NCBI GenBank assembly: GCA_947364595.1
Contig: CANATJ010000001.1
Location: forward strand, 26,642 to 90,641
Length of the DNA: 64,000 bases
Source: an uncultured Bacillota bacterium
Lineage (GTDB): Bacteria; Bacillota_I; Bacilli_A; RF39; UBA660
Direction of reading: 5' to 3'
The position numbers and the translations under genes were made by a program. The notes under the pieces are model-generated. The model searched no databases, was not told where the DNA came from, and worked only from the letters and a program-made list of their open reading frames with translations. Each line of letters begins with the position of its first letter. The stretch's first letter is position 1. Shown one piece after another: positions 1 to 9,953 of the stretch.

Positions 1-745
1 TATCACTAACTGTATATGTTATATAGTATTTACCAGGCTTATTTGAATTTATTTCTCCAGTAACTTTAACCGACTTTGTTAAATCTCCATCACAATTATC
101 AGTAGCGCTATATCCTGGCTCTTTATATTTGCTACCTAAAGATATATATGTAGGTAAACTTCCGTTTAACTTTATTTCTGGTTTAGAATTATCTACCTCA
201 ATTACTTTTCTAATAACTTGAGCTTTATTATTTGAAGAATCTTTTACACGATAAATTATTTCCAAATCATTATTTTCAATTTCCACATTAGAGACAATGT
301 CTTTATCATAATTATCGGTTACCTCAAAACCTTCCTCTTTATATTTAGTTCCTGGACAAATTTGAACATTATTATTTCCTTTTAAAATAATCTTAGGAGG
401 CTGATCATCAATAATATTTACTGTTCTAATAGCCACTGTCTTAAAAATAAAATTTTTTACTATATAAGTAACTTTATAAGTCCCCGGATTATTGGAAATT
501 TTTCCTTTCACTAAAACTTTCTTAGAAATGTCCTTTCCCAACACTTTAGCACTATAACCCGGTTCTTTATATTTACTAGGATATTTTATATTTATTTCTT
601 TTCCATATTTCAAATCAATTTGAGGGCTCATAAATAAACAAGCAAATAATACAAACATATCCATTATTAAAAACAATATAACAATCATTTTAATAATTTT
701 TATTTTATTTATACTCTTTTCCAATTTTATTTTTTCTAATAGCAT
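1..745 (-). CDS. Partial (C-terminus runs off the window) secreted/surface protein with tandem Ig-like DUF5011-type repeats
   Basis: Minus-strand ORF not in the supplied track. ATG at 745, N-terminal hydrophobic signal/anchor (MIVILFLIMDMFVLFACLF). Three ~75 aa repeats each carry K-Y-K-E-(P/E)-G-(Y/F)-S/E ... D-(N)-x-D-(G/K)-D ... G-x-Y-x-(I/V)-x-Y motifs typical of DUF5011 Ig-like domains. Frame is open to position 2. Confidence 0.45.
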   Translation of the reverse strand, partial: MLLEKIKLEKSINKIKIIKMIVILFLIMDMFVLFACLFMSPQIDLKYGKEINIKYPSKYKEPGYSAKVLGKDISKKVLVKGKISNNPGTYKVTYIVKNFIFKTVAIRTVNIIDDQPPKIILKGNNNVQICPGTKYKEEGFEVTDNYDKDIVSNVEIENNDLEIIYRVKDSSNNKAQVIRKVIEVDNSKPEIKLNGSLPTYISLGSKYKEPGYSATDNCDGDLTKSVKVTGEINSNKPGKYYITYTVSD

Positions 746-805
746 AATACTTCCCTCAATTAAAGTATAACATTATATAAATAAAAGTCAAAAAAAGAAT
801 GTTTT

Positions 806-1549
806 TTAATATAAAACATCCTTTAAATACAAACCTTGTGGAGCTGCTGTTTTACCAGCTTTAGTTCTATCTTCTTTAGAAAGAATATCTATAATATCTT
901 CACTTTTTCTTTTACCTTCGCCAATTTCAATAAGAGTTCCCATCATATTCCTAACTTGATAACGTAAAAAACCTGTCCCTAAAAAACTAATAGTTATCTT
1001 ATTAACATTTTTTAAATCACGAATCAAATTAGTTTGAACAATATTTCTAACATAATCATCTTTTTCACTATCTGCTTTAGTAAAAGATTTAAAATTATGT
1101 GTACCCTCTAAATATTTTAATGCTCTTTGCATTTCTACAACATCCAATTTTTTATTATATTGATATATATAATCTTTTTCAATAGGATTATATTCTCCCA
1201 TATTAATAATATAAATATACTCTTTAGCCTTAACATTATATCTAGCATGAAAATCATCAGGTACTATCTCCATGCTTTTAATATATATATTATCAGGTAA
1301 CAAACTATTTAAACCATCTTTCAATTTTTCTGGTGTTATATGTTTCATTTCTAAATCAAAATGTGCTTTTTGATTATAAGCATGTACTCCAGCATCTGTC
1401 CTTCCAGAAGCGTGAATACTAACCTTTTTATTACTATTAATTTTTCTAAGTGCTTTTTCTATTTCACCTTGGACTGTTTTTTCTTTTGGTTGTTTTTGAT
1501 AACCCTTATATTTAGAACCATCATAAGAAAAAGTCATAAAATATCTCAT
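806..1549 (-). CDS. truA: tRNA pseudouridine(38-40) synthase TruA
   Basis: 247 aa. Catalytic-Asp motif HASGRTDAGVHA. Position downstream of the EcfA-like ATPases as in Firmicutes. Confidence 0.85.
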   Translation of the reverse strand: MRYFMTFSYDGSKYKGYQKQPKEKTVQGEIEKALRKINSNKKVSIHASGRTDAGVHAYNQKAHFDLEMKHITPEKLKDGLNSLLPDNIYIKSMEIVPDDFHARYNVKAKEYIYIINMGEYNPIEKDYIYQYNKKLDVVEMQRALKYLEGTHNFKSFTKADSEKDDYVRNIVQTNLIRDLKNVNKITISFLGTGFLRYQVRNMMGTLIEIGEGKRKSEDIIDILSKEDRTKAGKTAAPQGLYLKDVLY

Positions 1550-1681
1550 ATTATTTCTCCTTTCACCATTTATTCACAAATACGTCAAATGAACATTAAG
1601 TGAAATTTTTTCTCGTCACATTTATTATTGTAACATATTTATTAAATAAAAGCAGCAATATAACTAAACCTTTTTTTACCA

Positions 1682-2413
1682 TTATTCAGTGTATCTATAA
1701 ATATCCTTCATAAGATCATTAATATCATCTCTAAAACCAAGGTTAATATCCTTCTTATATTTAACTAATAAAGAAAATTCTACTAATTTAGGGGCATCTA
1801 TATCACATTCTACAAGTAATTTCATATTCGTAAATATATCATATTTATTACCACTTGCAATAATTTTGTTTTTACTTGTAATAACCACCTTATCAGCGAG
1901 TTTATACAAAAATTCACTGTCATTAGTAAATATAATAATAGTTTTATTATATTTAAATTTTAATCTTTTTAAAAGTTTAATTAAATGATTTTTGCTTTGG
2001 CAATCTAAACCTAAAGAAGGTTCATCCAATAATAAAATTTTGGGATTATAAGATAAAGTACTTGCAATTATTACTTTTTTTCTTTCACTATAACTAAGAG
2101 CTGATAATTTTCTTTTTAAATAAGTTTCATCAAGACCCACCATTTTTAAAGAATCATTAATTCTTTTATCTAAATTTTTGTAATTACTAAACTGCTGTAA
2201 ATTATTTTTTAAAAAACTATAAATAGTCTTAGATAAATCATCTTCATTTATCTTTTGAAAACCAATCTTTATATTATTTTTTAATGAATCTAACAATGAA
2301 TATAATAAACTATTATCACCAATCATACCAATAATTTCACCAGTATTAATACTTAAAGAAACCTTTTTAAATTCACTATTAATATAATCAATATCACATA
2401 ATTTTATTCCCAT
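1682..2413 (-). CDS. EcfA-like ABC ATPase subunit with degenerate Walker A
   Basis: 243 aa. Walker B ILLLDEPSLGLD with the catalytic Glu. Q-loop LQQFS. Signature degraded to LSYSERKK. Walker A is GMIGDNSLLYS (no Lys). H-loop His replaced (FTNDSE). Overlaps the upstream ATPase by 10 nt. Confidence 0.6.
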   Translation of the reverse strand: MGIKLCDIDYINSEFKKVSLSINTGEIIGMIGDNSLLYSLLDSLKNNIKIGFQKINEDDLSKTIYSFLKNNLQQFSNYKNLDKRINDSLKMVGLDETYLKRKLSALSYSERKKVIIASTLSYNPKILLLDEPSLGLDCQSKNHLIKLLKRLKFKYNKTIIIFTNDSEFLYKLADKVVITSKNKIIASGNKYDIFTNMKLLVECDIDAPKLVEFSLLVKYKKDINLGFRDDINDLMKDIYRYTE

Positions 2414-3195
2414 AAACTATCCACCAACTGTTCCATATCAAAATAAGTGTTAGAAACCAAATTATAAAACTGAAGTTTGTTTGATAAAGATACTATAAAC
2501 GGTAATTCTAAATTAATTTCCTCAAACAATTTATAATCAGAAAAAATTTTTTCTTTTAAATCATGTTTCAAAACATTACCGCCTTTTAAAATGACAACCT
2601 CTTCACCATACAAACTTTCTTCAATATTGTTAGTCGCACTTAAAATTGTCATTCCCTTTTTTTGTAATTGTTTAATCATATGAAAAACAATTTGTTTTGA
2701 AGTGTTTTTTAAAAAACTAAAACAATTATCTAAAAGTAAAATGTCTGGTTTATTTATAATAGCCGCTGCAAATAAAACCAAAATTTTTGTTTCTACTGAA
2801 ATATTTTCATATTTTAATTTTAAAACACCATCAATTCCAAGTCTTTTAGAAATTTTTAAAACTAAAATATCTTTTTTTAAATTATCTATTTCTTTATTTT
2901 TTAAAGAATATTTTATTATTCTTTTAACTGTCCAACTTCCTTTAGAAAAACATTCTAAAGAAACAAGCTTAACCTTATCATCAAATTTACCATATTTTAA
3001 TTTTTCTTTATTAATCAAAATAGTACCATCAAATTTATTTAAACCCATTATAGTATTTAATAAAGTACTTTTACCCGATCCATTCATGCCGGTTAAAGTC
3101 ACAAAACTTCCCTTTTTAATCTTCAAATTTAATCCATCAAAAACTTGAATTTTACCATGATGAACTTTTAAATTTTGAATATCAATTACGTCCAT
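2404..3195 (-). CDS. EcfA-like ABC ATPase subunit with intact Walker A but degenerate signature, Walker B and H-loop
   Basis: 263 aa. Walker A GMNGSGKST. Walker B ILLLDNCFS (Glu to Asn). No LSGGQ. H-loop SATNN. C-terminal helical tail like EcfA. Confidence 0.6.
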   Translation of the reverse strand: MDVIDIQNLKVHHGKIQVFDGLNLKIKKGSFVTLTGMNGSGKSTLLNTIMGLNKFDGTILINKEKLKYGKFDDKVKLVSLECFSKGSWTVKRIIKYSLKNKEIDNLKKDILVLKISKRLGIDGVLKLKYENISVETKILVLFAAAIINKPDILLLDNCFSFLKNTSKQIVFHMIKQLQKKGMTILSATNNIEESLYGEEVVILKGGNVLKHDLKEKIFSDYKLFEEINLELPFIVSLSNKLQFYNLVSNTYFDMEQLVDSLWE

Positions 3196-3264
3196 GAATA
3201 ATCACCAATGTTTATTATAATATAACCCGATTTTATTGTAAATAAAATTTTAAAAAAACAAGTA

Positions 3265-4440
3265 TTAAAACTTGTTTTTATAAGCCTCTAGCATAGCTGG
3301 TAAAGTATCCAAAATTGCATTTGTATTATGCGTCATGATTTTTGTATAAACATATTTAAAATCTTCACCACTTCCTGGTAAATCGAAATCCATAAATTGC
3401 GCTAGTGGTGTAGCTCTAACACGGCCTAACTCAATTAATAAAGTTATTGGAAATAAAGTTCTGATCTTCGCATCCATTGTTGTATAAAGTTTTTCACTAA
3501 TAAGTTTGTATCCAGCTGATGATGCATATATTTTAGCTAATTTTAAATCATTTTTAGCATAACTATCATTTTTCGCCCAAGGATTAATTTTATTATGTCC
3601 ATCCAAATAATATACAAGACCTCCACAACTATGATAAATAAGCGACCCAATAAAATCATTTTCAGTGTTTATTTTATTATAAAAGTTAAACAATGCTTCA
3701 TTTTCTTTTTCAATTTCGCCAGGTATTTCATAATAAGGACATCCTACTGGCCCAGGATTACTTCTTATTATATTGTTAAGATGTAATTTATCATATATTT
3801 TTTCACCATTTGTAATTCTATCAATAAAATTACTACTTTCTACATTGCTGTTTAAATCTACACCTCGTCCATTACTAGACCAATTTATTAAACAGCCTTC
3901 TGGCAAATCATATTTTTGAAATAAAAATTTTAAAGATTCTTTCAAAGCTTTATGTTTATCATCTAAACAATTATAATCAGCATGTCTAAACATCATCTGT
4001 TGAAGTTTTATAGAATTATCTTTATAATTTATAGCATAATCGCCTTCTATTTGGCAATTACGATAATATGCTAAACAATAAGTTTGAACAGCATCTTCAG
4101 GCATATCCTTAGAAATTAAAGTTCTAATTGCACTAGTCACAATAATTGTTCCTTCTGGATTAACAAAAGGAATAAAATGTATTGTATAAATTTTAGGATC
4201 AATAAAAATTTCTTTTTTAGAAAGTTTTTCCATAAACCTAATTACAAAAACATTACTTATCAATTCAGATGAATGAGTACCACCTGTTATGATTACATGG
4301 TATTTACCATTTCCGTATGTATAATGATCAATAGCGTAACCAAACGTACTATAACCTATTGGGTTTTGTTTTTCTATAATAGAATTATCTAAAGAAGATA
4401 ATAATTCTTGCATTTCATCATAATCTAATAGTCGTTTCAT
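3265..4440 (-). CDS. M14-family-like zinc carboxypeptidase (gamma-D-glutamyl-diamino-acid peptidase-like)
   Basis: 391 aa. HxxE zinc motif GGTHSSELI near the N-terminus. No signal peptide. Assignment from motif only. Confidence 0.35.
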   Translation of the reverse strand: MKRLLDYDEMQELLSSLDNSIIEKQNPIGYSTFGYAIDHYTYGNGKYHVIITGGTHSSELISNVFVIRFMEKLSKKEIFIDPKIYTIHFIPFVNPEGTIIVTSAIRTLISKDMPEDAVQTYCLAYYRNCQIEGDYAINYKDNSIKLQQMMFRHADYNCLDDKHKALKESLKFLFQKYDLPEGCLINWSSNGRGVDLNSNVESSNFIDRITNGEKIYDKLHLNNIIRSNPGPVGCPYYEIPGEIEKENEALFNFYNKINTENDFIGSLIYHSCGGLVYYLDGHNKINPWAKNDSYAKNDLKLAKIYASSAGYKLISEKLYTTMDAKIRTLFPITLLIELGRVRATPLAQFMDFDLPGSGEDFKYVYTKIMTHNTNAILDTLPAMLEAYKNKF

Positions 4441-4486
4441 AATTTCACCTCTCTCATTATATCATATTTAACAAGAAAAAAATAAA

Positions 4487-5239
4487 TCACCTTGATTTAC
4501 TTTTTTGAATTCGATAAACCACTTTCAAAAGTAATTTTCGTGGTACAAATCTAGATAAAGTGGTAGCAATTTTCATCTTTAACCCCGGAATAATAATTAA
4601 TTTTTCATCGAACATTTTTTTAATTGCATATTTAGCTACATCCATGCTATTTAAACCCTTCATGCTAAATTTTACTTTAGCCACTTTATTAAATTCAGTA
4701 TTAACAGGTCCTGGACATAAACAACTAATAGATACATTACTATCTTTTTTCTTTAATTCTTGATAAATAGCTAAACTTAAACTAACAACATAATTCTTAG
4801 TAGCATAATAAGTAGCCATTAAAGGCCCTGGCATAAACCCAGCTGATGATGCAACATTCAAAATATAACCACGATCTTTTCTTAAAAAATCCTTTAAAAA
4901 TATTTTTGTTAAAGTGTGAACAGATTTAATGTTTAAATCTATCATATCAAGTTCTTTATCTAAATTACCATCTTCAAAATTACCACACATTCCAAAGCCC
5001 GCATTATTAATTAAGACATCAATATTTTCTTTTTTTACCATATTATAAAGTTCCATACAATTATAAGTGCTAGAAATATCCATGACAATAACTTGAGCCT
5101 TATCCCCAAGTTCTTTTGCTAATTTTTCTAATCTAGTTTTCCTTCTAGCAACAAGTATTACTTCATATCCTTCACTAACTAATGCTCGTGCCATATCTGC
5201 GCCAATACCTGAACTTGCGCCTGTTATTAATGCCTTCAT
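4487..5239 (-). CDS. Short-chain dehydrogenase/reductase (SDR) family oxidoreductase
   Basis: 250 aa. TGASSGIG cofactor motif, NNAG, catalytic YxxxK (YYATK). Confidence 0.8.
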   Translation of the reverse strand: MKALITGASSGIGADMARALVSEGYEVILVARRKTRLEKLAKELGDKAQVIVMDISSTYNCMELYNMVKKENIDVLINNAGFGMCGNFEDGNLDKELDMIDLNIKSVHTLTKIFLKDFLRKDRGYILNVASSAGFMPGPLMATYYATKNYVVSLSLAIYQELKKKDSNVSISCLCPGPVNTEFNKVAKVKFSMKGLNSMDVAKYAIKKMFDEKLIIIPGLKMKIATTLSRFVPRKLLLKVVYRIQKSKSR

Positions 5240-5309
5240 AAAATCACCTTTTCAAGAATTTATTATATATTATAAGCAACCATTTGTAAACAAAACATTC
5301 AACACTTTA

Positions 5310-6032
5310 CTAAGAAAGTTTCTTTTTCAAAACATAATCATTTTGCCTTAATCCAAATCTACGCATCTTATCTAATGAACTTTCAATTATATAAGATACA
5401 GCTGCTTCATTTAAACCAAAATGCAATGCAATTTCTGGAATTGATAACTCTTTATCATCTAATCCAAAATATTGAATCATAATTTCCTTGTTTCGTGGAT
5501 TTAAAACAGTCAAAAGTTTATCAATGTATATTCTATCATCAGAAAATTCAAAACAATCATCAAAATCATATGATGGTTCATCATTATCCTCCAAAGGCAT
5601 ACTTGAAAGTTCAATAAACTCCATAGCCTCATTTTCTTCATAATCAAAAATATAATTTTCCAATAAAAATTGTATTTGAACATTAATATAGGTAGAAAGT
5701 TCAGAATACTCTTCCACCTCTAAACATTTGTCAACTCCAGCAATTATTCCAGATAATCCTTCATATAAAGCTTCTTCAAAATTCTTTAATCCTTTTGAAG
5801 ATAAATATGCAGCATATGCTAAAGCAATGCCAGCACTATGCATAACTATATCTTCTTTAAGTTCATCATATTTTTCTTTATAATAATTATAATTAGGTAT
5901 TTGAAGTAAAATTTCTTGCTTAGACATATCAGACTTCATCGCAAAATCTATTATTCTTTTACATTTTGATAATTCCTCTAATTTTAAAATTTCTTCATCT
6001 TCTGAATAAGGATTAGGTAATCCGTTAATCAT
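5310..6032 (-). CDS. Divergent sigma-70-family-like protein (regions 2.1-2.2 and 4 recognisable, acidic middle)
   Basis: The track ORF starts at a TTG (6047). The ATG at 6032 has a GGAGAG RBS. LYEGLSGIIAGVDKC resembles region 2.2 (LIQEGNIGLMKAVDKF). The C-terminus FGLDDKELSIPEIALHFGLNEAAVSYIIESSLDKMRR matches a region-4 HTH. The region-2.3 aromatic residues are not conserved. Confidence 0.4.
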   Translation of the reverse strand: MINGLPNPYSEDEEILKLEELSKCKRIIDFAMKSDMSKQEILLQIPNYNYYKEKYDELKEDIVMHSAGIALAYAAYLSSKGLKNFEEALYEGLSGIIAGVDKCLEVEEYSELSTYINVQIQFLLENYIFDYEENEAMEFIELSSMPLEDNDEPSYDFDDCFEFSDDRIYIDKLLTVLNPRNKEIMIQYFGLDDKELSIPEIALHFGLNEAAVSYIIESSLDKMRRFGLRQNDYVLKKKLS

Positions 6033-6082
6033 AAAATCACTCTCCAATAATGTCTTTTATATTAGCATTTTTCTTAAAAAAA

Positions 6083-6111
6083 GTCAAAAAAAAAGATACT
6101 ATTTAGTATCT
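6083..6111 (-). terminator. Rho-independent terminator ending the rpoA-rplQ transcript (hairpin overlaps the rplQ stop)
   Basis: Minus strand gagatactaaatagtatct followed by T9. The T-tract also contains a TTGACT -35 17 nt from TAATAT (-10, 6059-6064) for the downstream sigma-like gene. Confidence 0.6.
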
Positions 6112-6455
6112 CCTTCTACAAGTGTTAAAACAACCATTAATGAATCGTCGCCTCTACGTTCATCTAATTTTAAAATTCTTGTATATCCGCCATTTCTAGT
6201 TGCGTATCTTACAGCTAAATCATCAAAAACTTTTTTTGTTGTAGCTTTATCGTTATGTAAGAAAGCTAAAGCTTTTCTTCTAGCAACTAATGAGCCATCT
6301 TTACCATATGTAATCATTTTATCAACAAATTTACGAACTTCTTTAGCTCTAGTTTCTGTTGTTACAATTTTTTCATTATTGATGACATCTTTAGTTAGAT
6401 TGGCAAGCATACTTCTTCTATGTTTATTATCTCTTCCTAATTTTCTATAAGCCAT
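6099..6455 (-). CDS. rplQ: 50S ribosomal protein L17
   Basis: 118 aa. Typical L17 sequence. Follows rpoA. Confidence 0.9.
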   Translation of the reverse strand: MAYRKLGRDNKHRRSMLANLTKDVINNEKIVTTETRAKEVRKFVDKMITYGKDGSLVARRKALAFLHNDKATTKKVFDDLAVRYATRNGGYTRILKLDERRGDDSLMVVLTLVEGDTK

Positions 6456-6472
6456 AATATTCCTCCTAACTA

Positions 6473-7420
6473 TTAATCTTCATCACGGAATTTAAGTCCC
6501 ATATCTTTAATTTTATCGATAACTTCTTTTAAAGATTTTTTACCTAAATTACGAATTTTCATCATTTCTAATTCTGATTTTTCTGTTAAATCACCTAGAG
6601 TATTAATATTCGCACGTTTTAGACAATTATAAGCACGCACTGAGAAATCTAAATCATCAATTGATGTTTCTAATTTCTTTTGTTTACTATCCTCTTGTTT
6701 AGCGTTCATAATACCAGTAATATCAGCAATTTCGCTTAAATTAGTAACTATATTTAAATGTTCAATTAAAATCTTAGCACCAAGTGCCATTGCTTCTTCT
6801 GGTCTAATAGAACCATTAGTTTGTACTTCCATGATTAATTTATCATATGAAGCATCTTGTCCTACACGAGCACTATCTACATAATAACTAATTCTTTCAA
6901 TTGGTGAATAAAGTGCATCCATTGGAATAAATCCTAATGTTGCATCACTAATATATTTTTTATTTTCTGAAGAAAGTGCAGCTCCTCTGCCGTTAGCAAT
7001 AATAAATTCCATATCCAATTTACCACCTTTTGCTAAAGTAGCAATAACTTGGTCTTTATTAATTATTTCAACGTCAGCATCACATTTAATATCAGCAGCT
7101 GTTACTTCGCCTTCTTCACTTACAGATAAATGTGCAGTTTTAACTTCATCTGTATTATTTTTAATAACAACACTCTTTAAATTTAATATAATTGCTGTTA
7201 CGTCTTCAATTACACCTTCAATAGTTTGAAATTCGTGCATTACACCATCTATTTTAACAGCTACAATTGCACTACCTGGCATTGATGATAACATTACTCT
7301 TCTTAAAGCGTTTCCTAATGTTATCCCGAACCCTCTTTCTAAAGGTTCTAATTCAAATTTTCCATAATTATTATTTTCAACATATTCTGTTATTTTATAA
7401 TCTGGTTTTTCAAAGTTCAT
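6473..7420 (-). CDS. rpoA: DNA-directed RNA polymerase subunit alpha
   Basis: Conserved N-terminus [10 protein letters not shown] with AAAGGAG RBS. The track ORF extends 16 codons further into rpsK. Confidence 0.9.
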   Translation of the reverse strand: MNFEKPDYKITEYVENNNYGKFELEPLERGFGITLGNALRRVMLSSMPGSAIVAVKIDGVMHEFQTIEGVIEDVTAIILNLKSVVIKNNTDEVKTAHLSVSEEGEVTAADIKCDADVEIINKDQVIATLAKGGKLDMEFIIANGRGAALSSENKKYISDATLGFIPMDALYSPIERISYYVDSARVGQDASYDKLIMEVQTNGSIRPEEAMALGAKILIEHLNIVTNLSEIADITGIMNAKQEDSKQKKLETSIDDLDFSVRAYNCLKRANINTLGDLTEKSELEMMKIRNLGKKSLKEVIDKIKDMGLKFRDED

Positions 7421-7437
7421 AAAGAGCTCCTTTCCTT

Positions 7438-7821
7438 TTATCCACGTGGTCGTTTTGGTGGACGACATCCATTATGTGGGATAGGTGTTACATCAGAGAT
7501 TGAAGTGATTTCTAATCCTGCAGTTTGTAATGAACGAATTGCAGTTTCACGTCCAGATCCTAAACCTTTAGCGAATACTTCAACTTTTTTCATACCCATC
7601 TCAGTAGCAGCCTTACCAGCTGCTTCTGCAGCCATACCAGCTGCAAATGGAGTAGATTTTTTACTACCTTTAAATCCTAAAGTTCCAGCTGATGCCCAGC
7701 TTATAGCATTACCATCTTTATCAGTAAGTGTTACGATAGTATTGTTAAATGTTGAATGAATAAAAGCTTTCCCTTCTGGGACATTCTTTTTAACTTTACG
7801 TTTTCTTGCTTTATAAGCCAT
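7438..7821 (-). CDS. rpsK: 30S ribosomal protein S11
   Basis: 127 aa. Typical S11 ([15 protein letters not shown]-like). Confidence 0.9.
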   Translation of the reverse strand: MAYKARKRKVKKNVPEGKAFIHSTFNNTIVTLTDKDGNAISWASAGTLGFKGSKKSTPFAAGMAAEAAGKAATEMGMKKVEVFAKGLGSGRETAIRSLQTAGLEITSISDVTPIPHNGCRPPKRPRG

Positions 7822-7842
7822 AATATCCTCCTTTATAGTATC

Positions 7843-8208
7843 CTATTTCTTTTTATTAGCAATTGTTTTTGCTTTACCTTTACGAGTACGTGCATTTCTG
7901 CTTGTTCTTTGTCCATGTACTGGTAAACCTTTTTTATGACGAATACCTTGATAAGAATTAATTTCCATCTTAGTTTTAATGTTCATGTTTACTTCACGAC
8001 GTAAATCACCTTCAGTTAAATATTTATTTACTTCGTCACGAATACGAGCTAATTCATCATTATCTAAGTTTCCTGCCTTCTTATTTAAATCTACATTAGC
8101 ATCTGCTAAAATTTGTTTTGATAAACTTCTTCCGATACCATAGATATAAGTAAGTGCAATTTCAATTCTTTTATTATTAGGTACATCTACACCTTTAATA
8201 CGTGCCAT
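7843..8208 (-). CDS. rpsM: 30S ribosomal protein S13
   Basis: Start [10 protein letters not shown] with AGGAGG RBS. The track ORF has a spurious 16-codon extension. Confidence 0.9.
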   Translation of the reverse strand: MARIKGVDVPNNKRIEIALTYIYGIGRSLSKQILADANVDLNKKAGNLDNDELARIRDEVNKYLTEGDLRREVNMNIKTKMEINSYQGIRHKKGLPVHGQRTSRNARTRKGKAKTIANKKK

Positions 8209-8221
8209 AAAACACCTCCTA

Positions 8222-8335
8222 TTAACCTTGTCTTTGTTTGTGTTTTGGATTAACACAAATTACCATTGTTTTTCCATTACGTTTGATAACCTTACATTTA
8301 TCACACATTTTTTTGACTGATGGTCTTACTTTCAT
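8222..8335 (-). CDS. rpmJ: 50S ribosomal protein L36
   Basis: Not in the ORF track. Minus-strand translation gives [37 protein letters not shown] (37 aa) with a C-x2-C ... C zinc ribbon. Lies between infA and rpsM as expected. Confidence 0.85.
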   Translation of the reverse strand: MKVRPSVKKMCDKCKVIKRNGKTMVICVNPKHKQRQG

Positions 8336-8346
8336 AAATATTCCTC

Positions 8347-8568
8347 CTACCTTGTTACTCTATAGGTTATACGCCCACATGTTAAATCATAAGGTGATAA
8401 TTCCACTTTCACTTTGTCACCTAATAAAATACGAATGTGATGTAAACGCATTTTACCAGAAATGTGGGCTTTTATAACGTGATTGTTTTCTAGTCTTACC
8501 TTAAATCCTCCACCTGGAAGAATTTCTTCTACTAAGCCTTCTAGTTCAATGACATCTTCTTTAGCCAT
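8347..8568 (-). CDS. infA: Translation initiation factor IF-1
   Basis: 73 aa. [11 protein letters not shown] ... S1-like fold sequence. Confidence 0.9.
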   Translation of the reverse strand: MAKEDVIELEGLVEEILPGGGFKVRLENNHVIKAHISGKMRLHHIRILLGDKVKVELSPYDLTCGRITYRVTR

Positions 8569-8572
8569 TGTA

Positions 8573-9319
8573 TCACCTCCTAGTTAAAATTTCATACCCA
8601 TCTTTAGTAACTAACACAGTGTGTTCAAAGTGTGCGGATGGTTTATCATCAGCAGTAATAATAGTCCAATCATCATCTAATAAATAGATTTTTCTTGTTC
8701 CTAAATTAAGCATAGGCTCTACAGCAATAACCATACCTTCTTTTAATATTGGTCCAGTATGACGTGCTCCATAATTGGGTACATCAGGATCTTCGTGAAC
8801 ATCACTACCGACACCATGACCAACAAGTTCTCTAACCACACTAAGATTATGCTCCGTAGCATATTTACTAACAGCAAATCCAATATCACCGATATGACAT
8901 CCATCATGAATGGCTGACAAACCTTTAAATAATGATTTTTCTGTATGCTCAAGTAAATACTCTAGATTTTTGGAGATTTTACCAACTGGATATGTCCAAG
9001 CCGAATCACCATGATAACCTTTATAACAAGCACCTATATCGATTGAGATAATATCTCCTTCTTTAAGTACTCTATTACTTGGAATACCATGTACAACTTC
9101 ATTATTAATTGAAGTACATATAGCAGCTGGAAAACCATCATAACCCTTAAATGATGGGGTTGCGCCTCTTTTAATTATATAATCTTCGGCAAGATCATTC
9201 AATTGCTTAGTTGTAATTCCTGGTTTAATATATGGTTTCAAAAAGTTATGTGTACTACCAGTAATTTCACCAGCTATTTTAAGCAATTCAATTTCTTTCG
9301 GAGTTTTAATGCTAATCAT
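8573..9319 (-). CDS. map: Type I methionine aminopeptidase
   Basis: 248 aa. Metal ligands in the [12 protein letters not shown] / HEDP / EHT context. Confidence 0.9.
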   Translation of the reverse strand: MISIKTPKEIELLKIAGEITGSTHNFLKPYIKPGITTKQLNDLAEDYIIKRGATPSFKGYDGFPAAICTSINNEVVHGIPSNRVLKEGDIISIDIGACYKGYHGDSAWTYPVGKISKNLEYLLEHTEKSLFKGLSAIHDGCHIGDIGFAVSKYATEHNLSVVRELVGHGVGSDVHEDPDVPNYGARHTGPILKEGMVIAVEPMLNLGTRKIYLLDDDWTIITADDKPSAHFEHTVLVTKDGYEILTRR

Positions 9320-9953
9320 AAAAGCCTCCTATTATATCTTCGATTTGTCTAAAAGCATAATCAATACTCTTAGAACTATCAATATGATATACTTTTTTAT
9401 TTGCCTCATAATGATCAATAATTGGTGCTGTTTCCTTTAAATAAGTATTATACCTATCTTGGTAAGTATCAAGATTATCATCTTTTCTACTAATTAATTC
9501 ATGATTACATTTATCACAAATTCCTTCTACCTTTGGCATGCTTTCTTCTATTAAAGCATTAAAAACCACTCCACAATTTGGACAAATTCTTCGGCCAACT
9601 ATTCTCATTTCACCAATTTCCTTTGGAACATCCAAAGCAATAATTAAATTTTCTTTATCATCATTTTGACAAATATCTTCATATATACTTATTTGTGACA
9701 TGCTTCTTGGAAAACCATCTAAAACATATCCATTTTTACAGTCATCCTTAGATAACCTATTTTTTAATAGTGTTGCTACTACATCATCACTAACTAATGC
9801 TCCTTGTTGAAGCTGTTTTTTAATCGTTTCATCTTCAACATTTCGAAGCAAATCGCCAATTGAAATATGTACAAGTCCATATTTCTCGCATACTAATTGT
9901 GACAATACTCCCTTGCCTGCAGCAGGAGGGGCTATAAAAGTTATATTTATCAT
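9312..9953 (-). CDS. adk: Adenylate kinase (zinc-lid type)
   Basis: P-loop APPAAGKG. Lid CPNCG ... CDKC. Confidence 0.85.
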   Translation of the reverse strand: MINITFIAPPAAGKGVLSQLVCEKYGLVHISIGDLLRNVEDETIKKQLQQGALVSDDVVATLLKNRLSKDDCKNGYVLDGFPRSMSQISIYEDICQNDDKENLIIALDVPKEIGEMRIVGRRICPNCGVVFNALIEESMPKVEGICDKCNHELISRKDDNLDTYQDRYNTYLKETAPIIDHYEANKKVYHIDSSKSIDYAFRQIEDIIGGFYD

